From NCBI GenBank assembly GCA_000708835.1, contig DF237429.1, forward strand, positions 6,995 to 70,994: DNA of 64,000 bases. The letters run 5' to 3'. Below are positions 24,159-37,276 of the stretch, in pieces (the first letter of the stretch is position 1; each line of letters starts with the position of its first letter). The notes under the pieces were generated by a model, which saw nothing but the letters and a program-made list of their open reading frames with translations, made no database searches and was not told where the DNA came from. The position numbers and the translations under genes are program-made. Source of the DNA: Klebsormidium nitens. Its lineage: Eukaryota > Plantae > Klebsormidiophyceae.

Positions 24159-27100
24159 TCAATAGTAATTCCCAATCTTGCGATGGTGCGCGGCGGTTCT
24201 GCCGTCCGGCTTGGCGACATTCCCGTCCGTCACCTCGCTGTACACGATCCAATGGTCCGCCGTCTCCATGCGGCTCTTTACCGTGCACTCCAAGTACGCA
24301 ATCGCTTCTTGCAGCAGCGGGGATCCGTTCTTGGCATCGCTCGTGTCAACGCCCTCGAAACGGTCGGCTGCACGGAACAAGGAAAGGTTGAATCAGAACT
24401 GAACTCTGGACTTTCAACAACGTACTTCGAGTCTTCAGCCGATTCGTGCCTGTGTCGTTAAGTAACATCGATGCCGCTTTGTCAACAGAATACTGCAGTC
24501 AACTGGGCTGCAGAAACAATGCTGCGGTTCCAGTCAGCCTGACTGCGAATGATTTGAAAAGAACGGGCCCCCAAACCGACACGAATCATCCGTACAAATT
24601 GGCCTGGTCAAGCAATCCATGACGGAATGTCCAGGAACAATATGTCCGAGGATAGATGTAACTCTGCACCGTAACTTAGAAAACGCGGGTTCGCTACGCC
24701 CCATTATGTCTATCTATTGAGAATGAACTGTTCACCGCATATACTGGACGTCTTTCTCGAGTCAAATTCAGTTTTGAAAACGGAGTTAGAGCGGGTTGTT
24801 GGCTGACCTCCTGGCGGGAAGCGCTTGAGGAAGTGCTTCATGAGCTTGCTGTAGTTGTTCTCCTCCAGGCAGTTGAGCACGAACGTGTCGCCCACTTGCA
24901 TCAGCGACTCGATGGCACGGTCCTTGGCCACCGCGATCGTGATGCCGTACGGCTTGAAGCTCGCCTGGACACGTGGCAGGGGCATCAGATTCAGTCGCAA
25001 AGCGGAAGAGAAGACTTCAACACCACAGGGAATAAGTGATGCGCCCGGTAGACGATCTTGCCTTATCTATCGCAGACAATACTGCTGCAAACATCAAGCT
25101 TCAACGCATTGCCTGACAGTCACACTTCCTCCCTGGAAAAAACGTGGTAATCACGATCGGTCCTCAACCAGACCCCACTTTCTTACGCCAGGCTGATTCA
25201 ACTTTTACACGCCAGGCTACTTCCACTTGAAGAAGCACAGCCCGGATCACGCAGCTCTCCCAAAACATCCCGTCAATGACCCTCAGAACATCGAACCATC
25301 GGCACTGAATCCAGGCCGTCCGCACTGATAGCCACATCTGGCCTCCCTTTCCTGCTCACCTGCGAGACCCAGCTGGCAATCATGGCTCCCTTGGAGCTGC
25401 CCTTTTTGGCGGTCACCACGTAGAGCCCGCCCGAGATGCGGCCAAGCGCCTTGGCAATGTCGACTGACATGCTCGCTTTGGTGTCGCTAATCTTCTTCTT
25501 CTGGCTCAGCGATTGGCCCAAATCCGTGCCCGTCTCCTCGTAAGCCTGGTACCTGTGCGTGGCAGGCGAAGCCATTTCGGACCAAACCCTCACTCTTTAC
25601 AAGGGCCCACCCCAAAATGTCACCATATCTTTCAATAGTTACAAGGGATAGTTGCAAGGTTCTCCCTTTTGGTACTTCTAAGCACTAAATGTTTTGTCTC
25701 AGTCATCGATACCAGAAAAGAAGAATGTGAAAAACGTCTGTGACGACGACGCCAAGTTAAATGGCCTTCCGGAGATACCTTCATAACTGAGGACGTGTGC
25801 CGAAAGCAAGCCAGGTCGTTGAGTACCGCCGTGTTGGCAGCACGAAAAAGCCGGTTCAGGATCTCGCACAATACAAGTGCTTATTTCACTTGCTTTCATT
25901 GCCTCCGTGGACAAATCCTTCAAGTGCCTCCAGACTTGGATGCACTCAAAACTCAAGTAAACAAAAAGTCATTCCACCCTACTCACGTGGCCTCGGTCGG
26001 CGTCTCCTTAACGCGCATGGGCTCAAACACGGGCGCCAATCCCTGCTCCACAAAACGCTGCGTGATAGTATCCACCGGTTCGTCGTCCCCTCCGTAGCTC
26101 TCCGCTACCACCACCTTCTGCTTCGCTTTTACGGAAGCGAGCAGAGTGCCAAGGGCAGTGTTGGCGGGGCCGCTTGAGGGGGGGGTCAGGACCACCACGG
26201 CTGCGCTGCGACCAACGACCTCGACGAGCTCCTGCGAGGCGGCAGCGAGAGCAAAGCTTGGTAATGCTCGGAATGATGTTAACACTTCCAATCGTACTTC
26301 AGAAGTGGAGGTGTTTCAAAAAAACCACCGCGGCGCTGCGACCAACAACCTCGACGAGCTTCTACGAAGCAGAGGCGGGAGCACAAGGTTGGTGAGCGCT
26401 CAGCGTTGACTTCAAGCGACTCTGAGATTGAAACGTATTGACGACCACCACAGCGACGCTGCGGCCGATGACATCGACGAACTCCTGCAGAAGCATAGCT
26501 TTGTAGATGGTAGTAGAGCAGAATCTACTGCAATCTCCATGTACATTGCGGGCAGGGGAAAATCCCGCTTCTTGGACAGTCGCTTGCAGGTGCCCGACAA
26601 GCTGTAATCAAAATAGAGAACACTGCCTTCTTTCTGCTGTTTTCTGTAGCTAAGGCCTTGTGAAAATTACAAGATCGCATGCGATCGATTCTGATGAAAT
26701 CCTTCATCAGATGGCACCTATTTCTGCAGACCAGACGACGTTCTGAACATGACCACCGAGTGTGAACAAGCAAGAACAGTAGCCCACACTTTCACGATCT
26801 TGAAAAACCAATAACGGACCGGCAACGACCCACAAATGCAACCTTACCTGCACGTCGACGCTCCCCAGGTCCAGCATCTCCACGCCCACGTCCGTCTTGG
26901 TGATTCCCCTGGCCAGCGCCTGGCTCAAGCGGTCACTGAACCCGTAATCCGCCGTGTACAGCACAGCAACCGTGGCGCTCTGCTTCTCGACCGCCTGCTT
27001 GCTCCACTGCAAACAGGCAGACCACAGACTGGATTGAGGGCAGAGCTCGTGAACGAAGACGACCCATAGGCTGATTATTTGATGCATGCGGCAGTCCGCA

Positions 27101-30100
27101 TACCTTATCCTAGCAGTCCTCGTAGCCTATCTGTCAAGAAACTCTGAGACAGCCGTCACTAGAAGGAAACCTCAAAGCGAGACGAGTAGACGACCAAACG
27201 ACTTGCGCCACCAGCCCTTATACCAACGCGATGGAAGGGTCACCAAAGCGGCCTACTTTGCAAGCCACTGCATCGTTTGCAGGCTTCTGACGTTCAGAAG
27301 GCCTTGACTTTCATGAGCTTAACCTATGAACCCAAAGAATCGTAAATCATGAGAACCCTAGCATCGCTACAAAAAACTCTAATCTCAGATCATAAGAGAC
27401 TGATACCCTGGGTAACCCACCTGCGCATAGTGGTCGGTGAACTCGGGAAGGTTGTAGCGCAGCAGGGGGCCGTGCCCGGTGGCGATGGTACCGTACTCGA
27501 GCTCGCCCAGCTTGCGCTGCGCGGTCAGGACGCTGCGCGCGTTGGGGCGCATCAGGCAGTCGTAGTAGAACCGGAAGTGGGGCTCCAGCTTTGAAAGCTC
27601 CTCGTCAAAGATCTGCGCGGGAGCCAGGCTCCGGTTCAGTTCCATTGTGCAGAAAGAAGGATTTGTTTTAATTTCGACAGCAGAGAGGAGAACAACGATG
27701 GCGCTCCAGGCTTTTCAAGTTGATGCAGGTGTGCATGTCATAAGCAAGCACTCAGATTAGGAACCCGAGTGCCACTACAGCACAAAGCAACAAAGGCAGA
27801 GAGAACGACTGCCCTTAACCCCTACAGTTCATGGTCAATTGCGCTTACTATTGAGAGAAGATTACCTGATATCCCCAAACGCAAAGCCCAGCCTTCGTGA
27901 ACACACCTTAGTGGCGTTCATGCAAACCATGAGCAACAGGTCGGAGAAAGCCAACTGTCGCCAGTGCTTAGCTCACAGCAAAAGGACAAAGGAAGAAAGC
28001 TCACCTCTTCAGAGCAGTAGTGCATGCCAAACGCGTCGCAGGTGAACAGGATGCTGGTGGCCTTGTCGTATGTGAACATGGTGTCCGGCCAGTGCAGGTT
28101 GGGAGCCATGAAGAAGTCCAGCACGTGGCCGCCGCCCAGGTCAATTGAGTCCCCGTTCTGCAAGCAAATACCAAAAGTTCAGCGTGTGATTTACTCATTG
28201 GAATGCGGAAATGCATGCAAACTATATGGCAGGTTTCACATTGTGAAAGGGTGATGGAACCCGCAAGTGGCATAGACAATTGACATTCGCAGGAACACGG
28301 CTCCCGTTAAGAGGTAACTCAAGGAGGAAGGACAAAAAAAAAGGGCAGAGACACATTTTAAACATGACGAGGTTGCTCAACGGGGTTCAACAAGACCTCA
28401 GATTGTTTGGGAGACACCAACCACACATCCTCAAAGTGGCAATCAAGTGTAACACACAGCAAGCCAAGGAATGTGATTTTCACATGAAAATCATCACTAA
28501 ATCATCGTTAACATCGAGCAGCCCCTGGAAACAAAAGCGTTCTTCAAACACCAACAGATGACAACAGGGTTCTTCAAACCCCAACAAGTAACGACCCCTC
28601 AGTCTTGCATAAGCCGCTTTGCTGCCAGCCTGCTAACAGCAAACGAGATTACGTTATTACCGAGTAAACTTGCCACAAAACTCTCAATTGCCAGCAGTAC
28701 CCACCTGAAGTACCCAATTTTTGCCCCCCCTCTCCCCCCACAAGGAAGACTTAACAATCCAGGCCCCCCCTCACCTTGACAGCCTGCGACTTGAACGGCT
28801 TGAGCACCAGGTTCTGCAAGAACTGCAGGCAGACCTTGCTCCCCACCACTGTCGCGTCCGGATGCAACTCCAACAGATCTGGGATCAGGCCGCTGTGATC
28901 TGGCTCCGTGTGGTTCGCAATAATGTAATCCACGCTCCCCGGCTCCACCTCTTCTTTCAAGGCAGAGAGGTACAGCTTGCGGAACTTCTCGTGGCTCGCG
29001 TCGAGGATGGCGGTCTTGGATGCGCCCTTGATGATGAAGCTGTTGTAGGTCGTGCCGTTCTGGAGGCCAAACTCGCTGCACACAGGGGGGGTGAGCGGTA
29101 AGCTTGTGTCAAGCTTTTCAAAATCTCGACCTCCAGGCATCCTCGCACTACAACATGATGGGAGGCTACTCTTACAAATGCTCGGAATATTGTAGGAAAG
29201 AGTTTGAGCTAAAAAGCATATGGGGGCCAAGACTAAGGGCGACAGCAACAAAAGCTATCCAAGTGGTTCCATCCTGCAGACCAAACCTTACTGCACCATG
29301 TAGAGAAGAAGGGGGGAGGGGGGGTGTGGCACTTTGTCAATGTGGATTGGCTGAGCGATGTGTTCATATTCAACTTCTGGGGGCCATCTGCCTTATGCAG
29401 AATGAAGGTCCCAAGACTAGGGCAGAAAGATAAGGGACACCTAGTCAAGAGCAAAAGAAGCAGGAAACAGACGATGTAAGTGAGTCAACCCGTTTTACAC
29501 CCCGGATTTGCTGGCGCGAAAAGGAGTGGGCATTAGAGACTTGGCAACCAGCAGCTCTTATACAGGGGGTGCTAAAAGAGATTGGGGGTGCTAAAAGTGT
29601 TTATACTTTGGGGGTTCTTGAACAACTCCTTGCCTCAAGTTCCTGCTTGCTCAAAATAAGCAGAACACAAAATGTCTTTTACCTTCTCTAATACTTGCTT
29701 TGTTGCAGTGTGGATACAAACAGTGTGGATACAAAGAGCACCATTGGGAGAACGTTGTTGGCTCACGCAAGAGCAGAGAACGGAACTATGGCTGGTAGAG
29801 ACGCCCTCACTTCATACGCAGACCCCATCAGGCATATCATTTGACAACTATATGGGCACGGGTTTCTGAGATGCTAACCGAGTAGAACTCTAAGCTCGTC
29901 CCTCTTGGAAGGTCTTCTGTGACATTCCTATGTACTCCTCTGTCCAAGTGTTTGTGATGTTTGAACCAAAAAATCTTTCTGAAAGATTCAAGGGCCCCAT
30001 CGATATGATGGAAAACAGATGCCTCAAGCATTAGAAACGCACAATGCTGTCACTCATATACGAAGGGGCCAGCCAGCTCTGATTAATGCTGCTTGTGTCT

Positions 30101-30851
30101 CTCTACTTATCGAGTGACAGAAACGAGAAGGTATCATCGACAAGAACCACCAGTTTGCAAACCAGATCTAACTGTACTACCTCGCAGAACATGCTTGAAA
30201 AGGAGACCACGACTTACAGCGTCACCAACACATGCTTTTGCAGGAGCGCGGGAAATTTATTGCAATCTTGCCTATGCACGCATGCAACTTGACTTTTGAC
30301 TGCCTGCAACAACAACATGACCGCCTGCAACCAGTACTCAATCTTAAAGCAGACGAAGAGACGGAGGGTTTTGTTAATTGCAGTAGCAGCTGACAATGAA
30401 AGAGAAGAAGGGAGCGAAGCCCAACCTGGCTCTTGTTTTCAAAATTAAAGTGAGCTTTCGAGCAATCCCCTTCAGGTACTCACATGTCAAACCTGTCGCG
30501 GTCCCAATCCAGCGACCGGATTGTCGTCGTGTCTTGTGCAATTTGTGCCGTCTGTGTCTGGAGCCTCTTCTCCCCCCCCCATTTCTCCACCTTTGACATT
30601 GCCCCCCTCTCCGGAGCAACCGCCACGGCCGCCCTCGCTGCCCCCTTGGTCCTCTCAACCCGTTGCCTAACCGCGAACCCAGCCTGCAGCAACTCCCTCC
30701 CCCCCGACAAGTACTCCTTTTTTCTTAATCCCCCCTGCTTCTGCAAAACTGGAAAGACAGCAATACGCTCTGCAGTGCTGGACCGACACATTTGGCACAT
30801 GCTCTGGGGGGCAGCCCGGAGGCCCCCCACGACGGCGCCGGCTGCAGCCAT
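24159..30851 (-). CDS. FLVB: Chloroplast flavodiiron protein B (Flv3-type class C flavodiiron protein), 658 aa
   Basis: 9 exons: 30484-30851, 28775-29075, 28005-28157, 27421-27612, 26848-27006, 25987-26231, 25360-25552, 24808-24964, 24159-24367 (1977 nt). Transit-peptide-like N-terminus; [24 protein letters not shown] (Flv3/FLVB signature), diiron ligands HTEPDHS, NLHWPD, TCDAFG, GHG; flavodoxin domain; flavin-reductase domain ending HHRKIGNYY. Confidence 0.96.
26187..26495 (-). repeat. Three tandem diverged copies of the FLVB exon 6 acceptor plus first ~45 nt
   Basis: cag GAG TTC GTC GAT GTC ATC GGC CGC AGC (start 26484); tag AAG CTC GTC GAG GTT GTT GGT CGC AGC (26361); cag GAG CTC GTC GAG GTC GTT GGT CGC AGC (26231, functional). 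Confidence 0.92.
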
Positions 30852-31655
30852 CGCAGTGCAAAAGTGTTGTGTGCGTGCAGCGCTGTTTCAGTACAGGAAA
30901 ACGCCAGAGGTGTTCCCTTTCAGATGTTGAAATGATCCTCAAATTACCGACTGAGTCTGTAGTCCCAGCTTCTTCAGCAGAGCTTTGGAAAGTGCTTGCG
31001 TCCACCTGACACAAGCCTGGAAAGGGGAGCAAGCTGCTGCGTGGCTTCTTCTCGAAGAGGACCTTTTAACCTACGTTAAACCCCTCGGGTCGCGTGCACT
31101 TTTAGGTGTTCGGTGTTGCGACGACGACACAATCTGAATTGAGGTGTCGAACATTCTAGAAGGCCAGTTTTAACCGAGCCTTAACCCCATGTGGTTCAGG
31201 TTACGTACGTAGGGCCTGGTAGGGGGCGTTAACCCCATCATCGGTTCGCGGCGACATCCTAATAACGCGTGTTGACTGCCCGTCGCTGCGAGTTTTAATA
31301 TGAACTGGCCAAATAGCTCTTGCGAGCGACTGCGGAACTGGATTTACACGTATCTGGTCGCCGCGTGGGACGTCCCACAACATGGAACTTGATTCATTAT
31401 CTTGGTTCCTAGCTCCGACTTCTGAAGTTCTGCCGGAATCAAAGCTGACCAACCAACTTGCAAGTACCGTAGGTACTCGATAAGAAGCTCATCTCTTCTG
31501 ATTGTCTGATGACGGCTCCTCAAGGGCTGATGCTTCGGGCATTTCCCCTGCTAGCTGGCAAGGGAGATATTGCTAGGAAAAGGCTGCAATACTTTGGAAA
31601 TTGGTGATTATCCCAAAGAACTTTCAGCTAAGGGTTTTTCCGACATCAGGCAGCA
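30852..31655. promoter_or_regulatory. Probable bidirectional promoter / 5' UTR region shared by FLVB and RPAP3
   Basis: Start codons are head-to-head only ~800 bp apart; contains recurring TTAACC(C) / GTAGGG motifs near 31065-31235. Position-based inference only. Confidence 0.4.
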
Positions 31656-34600
31656 ATGGCTCACATTCAGGCGCAAATCCGAGAGAATAGCATGGTAAGA
31701 ACTGTCCTGGCAATGTGCCTGCTTCCTTAGCTTGTCACTTACTGACAGGGTCTTCTTTCTGTCATGATTTCAAATTAGGGTTTGATATTCTCTTGAGCAT
31801 ACTCCCCAGAGCTGAATCTTACTACCTCTCTATGAAGGAGAAACCGTTGCACCCGGTAAGCCTGATTAAACACAATCTAAAATAGATCTGAGCTGGTTAA
31901 GATTTGGGCTCAACAGCTGGTGGTATGGAAATATCAGGAGGCTAGTGGTGTACCTGAGCTTGCTTGCACTTTTTTATCCTGGTCTGCTTAATCTTTGCTC
32001 TCTCTGGTTTGGAGGTTGTGGAGCCATTTTGGACTCGTGACCAGCTAAGTCAGCTCACCACTGGTTTAATTTAAACCTAACCACATCTTTTGACTTCTCC
32101 AGGAGCTGCAAGACTATCTAAGGGAGCTCCGAGACTGGGAGGTCAAAGCGAAGGCTAAGGATCAGATGCTACGGGACGGAGGCGCTGCAGCGCCCCCGTC
32201 AGAAGTTCCACCCATCAGGGGGCAGCCAGTGAAGAGGCCAGAATCAGGGCAACAGAAAGCCATGTCTGAGGCCACTGATTCGAGGAAGCATGACGAGAAC
32301 CCAAAGAAGGGGAAGAATGCAGCCAGCCACACATATGACTACTTCCGAGACAAGTGGGACAAGTTCGACGTGGTAAGAAGTGCCACTTCGGCTTTCCTAC
32401 TCCAGCTCTGCTTCAATCCGTATACTTAGTTCGCGGAACTAAGTAGTCTATGTGTCTCGAAGGTACTGGACTACGAACAAGTATCGTGGCGGTGTGTAAA
32501 AAGCGTCGGGATTGGCAAGTACGGCGCTATTCTAGAAGGCCTGAAGTGTGAGGGCTTGTAGGCATGTGAGACAAGTTTATGTGAATTTTAGGTAGGCTAT
32601 ACTTGAACAGCCTGGGTAAGAACATCTCTACGAGTACCAATTGCTGACCTGCATTCTCAGAGATCTTCATACCTGTCAAAACTTCGATAACAAAATAGGT
32701 GACAAATCCTGAGAACATTACCGGACGGTTATGCAGGACAAGGCCCTTGCTGAGGCAGAAGACGAGTCACCTCGTGCAATAAAGCCTGCGGAAGCCCCTC
32801 CTGCCAAACCCCCATCAAATACACCCTCCGTCCAAAGCCCCGCGGCCATCCCAGCACCCAAAACGGCCAAGCCTACAAGCTCTTCCAAGTTTGCGTTTCC
32901 TAACGGCGACGGAAGTAGTCGCCCTGCTCCGCAAAAAGCATCGGCGGACGAATGGACGCCCAACAAGGCGCCTGATGCGACATCCGAGAAAGAAGAGGTG
33001 CGCGACAGTAGTTTCAACCTTTTAGGCCCCGATGTTTGCTGATTCTTTTTCTTGTTCACAGCAAGGTTGAAGTACTTCCTATATAATCCCGAGTTCTGTC
33101 TGGTCCCCTGTGATCCTCACTCTCCAGGCGCTTGCTGAAATTGCAGCTCTGTAACTCTTCAAGAAGCTAACTTCAGCAATTGCTTAAAAAAGTGTCTTGA
33201 ATGCCTTTCTTTCGACCTTTTTCCTCTAGCTGTGACCACATTTGTTAGAGCCTCTTATTATTGGCACTGAAAGATGAGCTCCACTTTCCTTGGCTCATCT
33301 ATTCTCTCGGCATTCCCACTGCAGGGTAACCGTCTGTTCAAAGCGGGCCGTTTTTGGGAAGCCTTTGAGTGCTATAGCCGCAGCCTCGCTCTCAGCCCCA
33401 CTTCCGTCGCTCATGCCAATCGCGCGATGGCCGCACTTAAACTTGAGATGTTTCGAGAGGCTGAGACGGACTGCACGGCAGCGATCGATCTGGACGATCA
33501 CTATGTGAAGGCGTACTCACGGCGGGGGCGGGCGCGTTCGCACCTTGAGAAGTGGCTAGAGGCGGCAGACGGTGAGAAAAGGCCCTGGAGGAACGGAAAA
33601 TGATGCATTTCTGTATCTCGTCACCGGGTTGGATGTAGAAGCGATTGAGTATGATAGATTGAGATTGCGTGGTTTCTTGGATGACTCTCTTTCACCGGCA
33701 TGAGCTGAAGGTGACCGAGCGGTTTCTCGTAGCGTACGAGGTGGGCTTCCTGCCTTACTCTCTTAGAGTTCTCCTTGTATTCCTTGTTCCTTTGAGCAGT
33801 CACTCCGTCACACTAACAATAGCAGAACCTTGATAGGCTGTGAGACCAACTTAGCAGATTTTCCACCTCAACTTTTGCTTTACCCTCCCTCTATACCCTC
33901 CCAGTATCACATACCCTTCCGATCGTTCTTGCAGATTTCGAGTTCGCCTTGCGTCTGGAGCCCCACAACAAGGAGCTCCTTCAAGAGTACTCCGCAGCCC
34001 GGATTGCCTGCCAGCGGGAGGCCAAGCTCCCTAACCCCTCCACCGCCGTTAATCTCCCAGTCAAACCCGCCCAGGAAGCTGCCTCAGTGCCCCTATCAAA
34101 GCCGTCTCTCGCTGACAGGATCCAGTCGAAAGAGTTCAATGGTAAATCGGACGGGTTGAGGATGGACTTCCTTAGAACAGTCAGCGACGAATCGAAGCTT
34201 GAAGTTGGTTCAAAGTCGGTAGTCGAAGAAGTTCCGTTAGCTTCGGAGGCGGCCGTAAAACGCGCTCAACAGGTGGAGAAGAACGAGGTTGACAGAGCGA
34301 TCCAGGTGATTGAGCCATCTAGCAGCGAGAGGAAGACTCCGACCAGTTCTGGAGAGCGAAACGAACCGTCAGTAGGAAAAACCGCCGACTCTCGAGCAGA
34401 ATCGGATGTCCATGCCAACGAAACCGGGAGGTCTGCTCAGACGGAAAGCAGCGCATCTTTGAACGATGCGTTAGCAACCAGGAAAGGGAGGCCGCTGGAG
34501 CTGCCAGGAGGACACGTGGCAGACGGGGAAGCAAACAGCCCTTTATCCTCCAGTCCTTATCCAAAATTAGAAGAGTCGAGAAAGAGCCCAAGACGGACTG

Positions 34601-36061
34601 TGCTGGCGAACGGTTCGCTTGCAGCGGCAAATGCGGCGGCAGAGCGGCTGCAGCGCACACTGGCGGAGAACGTGGCAACGCCACGGACGTCCTATGAGTT
34701 CGAGACGCAGTGGAAGGGGTTCAAGGACGACTCAGCGGCGAAAGCAAAGCTTCTCAAGGTGAGCCGTTTGGATAGAGATTTAAAGTCGGCCTGCTGCAGC
34801 TTGAAGTTCGGCTCTTGTGTTTAAAAGCTTCCTGCAATGGCCTCTGGAACATGGGTGCGTCTTTCGTCTCCTGGAGACTTGCAATCCAGTTTTCTCCAGC
34901 TCGCCTTTACATCCGTACTCTGCTGAGCTCCTTCTCTGCTTTAAGTCCGTTGTCGTAGACGAACTGCACGTAGAGCGCACGTGGCACTTCTCAATGGTGT
35001 GCCGGTCCTGTTTGATGATTTCGGACAGTGGCCACATGCTTCGCAAACATGCGCTTTCCTCGACGCTGATTGTATTTACATTGATGCAAATATATAAATA
35101 TCTATCCTGCTCAATCTGCTCGAGAAGATACAGAGTAGCGGCTTGTTCTGTGGTGACCCAACCTTTTCTGCCGGACCGGCGTCGTTGGAAGGCGACTAGT
35201 TGCATATCTCACGCATTCGTCTCCGGCGAGAAACGCCTTTTTTTGAAAGAGCTTCGCTTTAGTTTTCTCATTATCGATCAGGATTCCTCCCTTCTAATTG
35301 CACGTATGTTCCTTGTCCTGCCAACTCTAACAAGTCGCTGGATAGCCAGCCGTTGCTTTCGAGAAGAATCACACCACCACTGAGTTCGTTTACAGACGGG
35401 CATCGGGGGACCCCTTCCTCCCCGCGAGCAAGTAGCCGGACGGCCTCTCAATAAGCTCCCCCAAAATTGCAGCTTGACACCAAGTACTCTGTGTCGCCGT
35501 GGAGGGAATCCCTTTCAAATTGAAAGCTGCGTTCCCCTCTGCAGACGCTGGTCCCCTTTCAGCTGGCGCCTTTCTTCAAGGAGTCCCTGCAGGCCCCCTT
35601 GCTTTGCGACATGCTCCGGGTTGTTGCCCGAGAGCTTCTACCGGGGGACGCCGCCTTTGCTGCAGACCTGCTGGAAGGACTCTCTACTGTGCCCCGGTTT
35701 GCGATGACGGTCATGCTCATCTCCGGAAAAGACAAGCAGAGTGAGTGCGCTCCTGACACTGGGTGTGCTCTTGCTTGTAGAGACTCGTAGGGCGTTTTGT
35801 TCGATTTGGTGTCGACCCTTGATTACGCGAGTTGCATCTTGATTGGGGTCACAGCATGCTTGTATGTGGTTAGTCAGCTGTAGAAAGTGTTCCAAAATGC
35901 AGACCGCAACCTGGACTAAATCAAATCACTTTTTCGAATGCGGACTCTGTTGGATGTATGCAGGTCTTCGCGAGCTGTGGGACTCAGCGGCCACAGATGC
36001 ATCAATACCTGAGTCGATACGAACTCGCGTTGCGTCTTGTCGCACCAAGTATCGAATGTGA
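31656..36061 (+). CDS. RPAP3: RPAP3/Spaghetti-like TPR co-chaperone (R2TP complex), 644 aa
   Basis: 7 exons: 31656-31694, 32103-32372, 32737-32997, 33325-33571, 33935-34758, 35545-35740, 35964-36061 (1935 nt). QIRENSMELQDYLRELRDWE and YDYFRDKWDKFDV motifs, TPR clamp (KEEGNRLFK..ANRAMA..KAYSRRG), RPAP3_C (PRTSYEFETQWK..LSTVPRFAMTVMLISGKDK). Confidence 0.88.
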
Positions 36062-37276
36062 TCGGAGCAAAGAGGACCACCATAAGCTTATTTAATCAGG
36101 GGCAGGGTCGAACTTCAGCCCGATGGTACTCTTGCACACACAGGCTCTCTTCTCCTGCGTCGCAATGACCCCCACGAAGTGGGCGGTTGACCCTGTTGTC
36201 GTCGTGAACTCGACTTGCACAATTCGCACTTCAAACCGCTAGCTAGTGCTTGGAAGGCATGATGCGGCTGCACTGGCTGCGAACCCTTCTGTCGTATACG
36301 TTCAACTTGCGGTATGCTCCGCTTGCGTGCCAGTGATCAGTAGCTGTACTAACCTAATTGCAGTTGTCTATGAGTCCCTGTGGCGGCTGAGCTGTATATG
36401 CTGGGCCAGAGACACTAACACTGCAACTGGCAAATGGCGACCAGCCTGCACGGAGCGGCTGGCGCATGCAGCTGAACCAATACAAATTTGAGCAGATCAA
36501 CTGGCCAACCATGTGACAGCTAGCGGCGGAAACATTGCTCTACACGAGAGCAGTCACTCGTAAGCCTAGTTGATTGAAAGCGTGCATGTTCATGATCATG
36601 GCGCACATGGCATGCATATGCAGTATGCAGGCCGGCCTATACCCGTGCATTACATAAGTGCAACGGTATGCTTCCAGGATTGCGTAGGACCGGACCCACG
36701 TACGTCAGAGGAGTCATGAGACGGTCCTGTGTGAGTGTACGTATATGCATCCGACCGGGCACTGTGAGCTAGCTGGCAGGCTAGCGGCGCGGCTGTCGTG
36801 CCGTATGTAAATAACATGAGTCGAGGCCATGGACCGTGGCGGCCGGGTGCCATGCAGCGCTCAACATATGTGGTCGAAGCAATTGAGAAACTTGGAAGCA
36901 TGATGTCTACAATGATGCTCCGACGCTCACGCGCCGGCTGGCCCACCGCCGTCGGACTGCTTTACATATACTATTAAACTAGTCGGGACCGCGACTAGTC
37001 ATACTGAGAGTGGCAGGTATGACTACGCGAGCTGGCTCTCAGATGCTAGGCGCAGCATATGAGCTTCAATCTATAAACTGCACAAGCTGCATAGCTTAAT
37101 ACACAGGCCACTCAGTCAAACGAGGGTGAAATGGCAGCGTTTCGCCGGACATGGCAATCGTAACTCACACATCATTTAACAACTCCGAGGACGGTGCTAG
37201 TATTCGCGATTTCCGGAGGCTGGACCTCTGGAAACAAGCCTCGACCCAACTCGTTTATACTTCAATGCAGGACGGA

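Noticed and set aside
29555-29600. TA-CAGGGGGTGCTAAAAG with a short direct repeat in FLVB intron 1, resembling a Tc1/mariner end
   Set aside because: No matching inverted copy or transposase remnant found in the window.
24159-30851. Presence of FLVB as a novelty
   Set aside because: Flavodiiron proteins are established in cyanobacteria, green algae and non-flowering plants; the diiron ligands here are canonical.
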